DNA from: Heterodontus francisci
Taxonomy: Eukaryota
Reading direction: 5' to 3'
DNA length: 64,000 bases
Assembly: GCF_036365525.1 (NCBI RefSeq)
Contig: NC_090403.1
Span: 34,481,461-34,545,460 of the forward strand
Shown here: positions 63,020-64,000 of the stretch, piece after piece
Numbering within the stretch: the first letter of the stretch is position 1
Layout: each line of letters starts with the position of its first letter
Translations under genes and position numbers: made by a program
Notes under the pieces: generated by a model
Told to the model about the DNA's origin: nothing
Database searches by the model: none
The model's input: the letters and a program-made list of their open reading frames with translations, nothing else

Positions 63020-63137
63020 ACGTGAAGGAAATATTTGCAGGGCTCAGGAGAAAGAGCAGTGGCGTGGTACTGATTCAAAGAGCCAGCACTGGCACAGTGG
63101 TCTGAATGGCCTCCTCCCATGCTGTACGATTCGATGA
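63020..63137 (+). mobile_element. CR1 3' end
   Basis: ctgaatggcctcctcccatgctgtacgattc tail. Confidence 0.6.
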
Positions 63138-63976
63138 AGCCCTGAACCCTAACAATGTGGCCCTCAAAGCCCACGCTATCGGTTCAGTTCTGTTCAGTGA
63201 ATCTGGAAGTTTAGAAAACACTGCCGCATTGTTGGGTAAATCCTCAATCAGAACACCAAGATCTGTTAGATCAGCATCTTGGCATATATGCAGGTTAATG
63301 GATTTAAATCTTATATTGTCTCCCCCTTCCCCACTCCCACAATCACACACAGTTCATGTGGTTCACAAAGTAAATGCTTGGAAATAGCTGCAGGTGTTAT
63401 AGTCTGAAGATGAAGATATCATGACAAAATAAAGTACTTCAGAAATATTTTTGTCAATAAGGTTGTATGTCCCTCATTTTTATTTCTCACTCCCTCCACA
63501 CTGTTCTCAGAGGGCCTTACACCAACTACACCCAGAGGTCAGGCAACTAATCTAGACTTCTTCTAGTGCCATACTTAAGCCAGGTTGAAAACGCCCCTCC
63601 ACTCAGTCTCCGCATATTATCACCCGCACAATAAGGCTGAAATTAGGAACTTCGTCTCATGGGAATTAACGTCTCTTTGCCCATTCTATTCCACACATTG
63701 GTGTTCTTGTGCAAATCCAATTAATACTTAACTCAGTAGGTGTTTTGTGTTGTATTAGGTTAATTTGAACAGTGATATTTTATATACAATTGGATCAGTT
63801 CATATGAAATCTAACTGCTTAAACACAAGTTTAATATGCGAGTCAATTTGAATCCTTCATTAAGTAATACAAACTCAATAATAAATACCAATGCCTCAAT
63901 AGCCTAGTTGTTAATGAAGCTGAGATCTGCCTTGAGAGCCTCACACAGTTACATTTCCCTTGTTCTGTGTCTCCTC

Positions 63977-64000
63977 TGTTACAACCAGGTGAGAAAGGTG
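63977..64000 (-). mobile_element. End of another LTR of the 17501-18397 family (truncated by the window)
   Basis: tgttacaaccaggtgagaaag is the reverse complement of the LTR terminus ctttctcacctggttgtaaca. Confidence 0.7.

Overview
Eukaryotic, repeat-rich vertebrate genomic DNA. A cartilaginous fish (shark-like) source is inferred from the HE1/V-SINE copies and the CR1, L2, Penelope and Harbinger content. The right third holds coding exons 1-8 of SMARCD2 (BAF60B, SWI/SNF subunit) on the + strand, and the gene continues past the window end. It has a GC-AG intron 3 and a ~2.3 kb G-rich minisatellite in intron 1. The left end carries at least two frame-compatible exons of an unidentified + strand gene ending in a Ser/Thr-rich ORF. 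The middle is a transposon graveyard: a Harbinger element (~12.2-27.8 kb) hosts a CR1, a solo LTR containing an RTE LINE, and a Gmr1-like SCAN-gag LTR element containing two Penelope copies. It is followed by more CR1/L2/SINE/solo-LTR copies and a second Harbinger. The most notable non-coding signals are minimal hammerhead-ribozyme motifs at the Penelope 3' ends, a degenerate repeat family clustered upstream of the SMARCD2 start, and the strand-asymmetric G-rich intron-1 array. I found no convincing wholly new biological system. All calls are by eye, without alignment or database searches.
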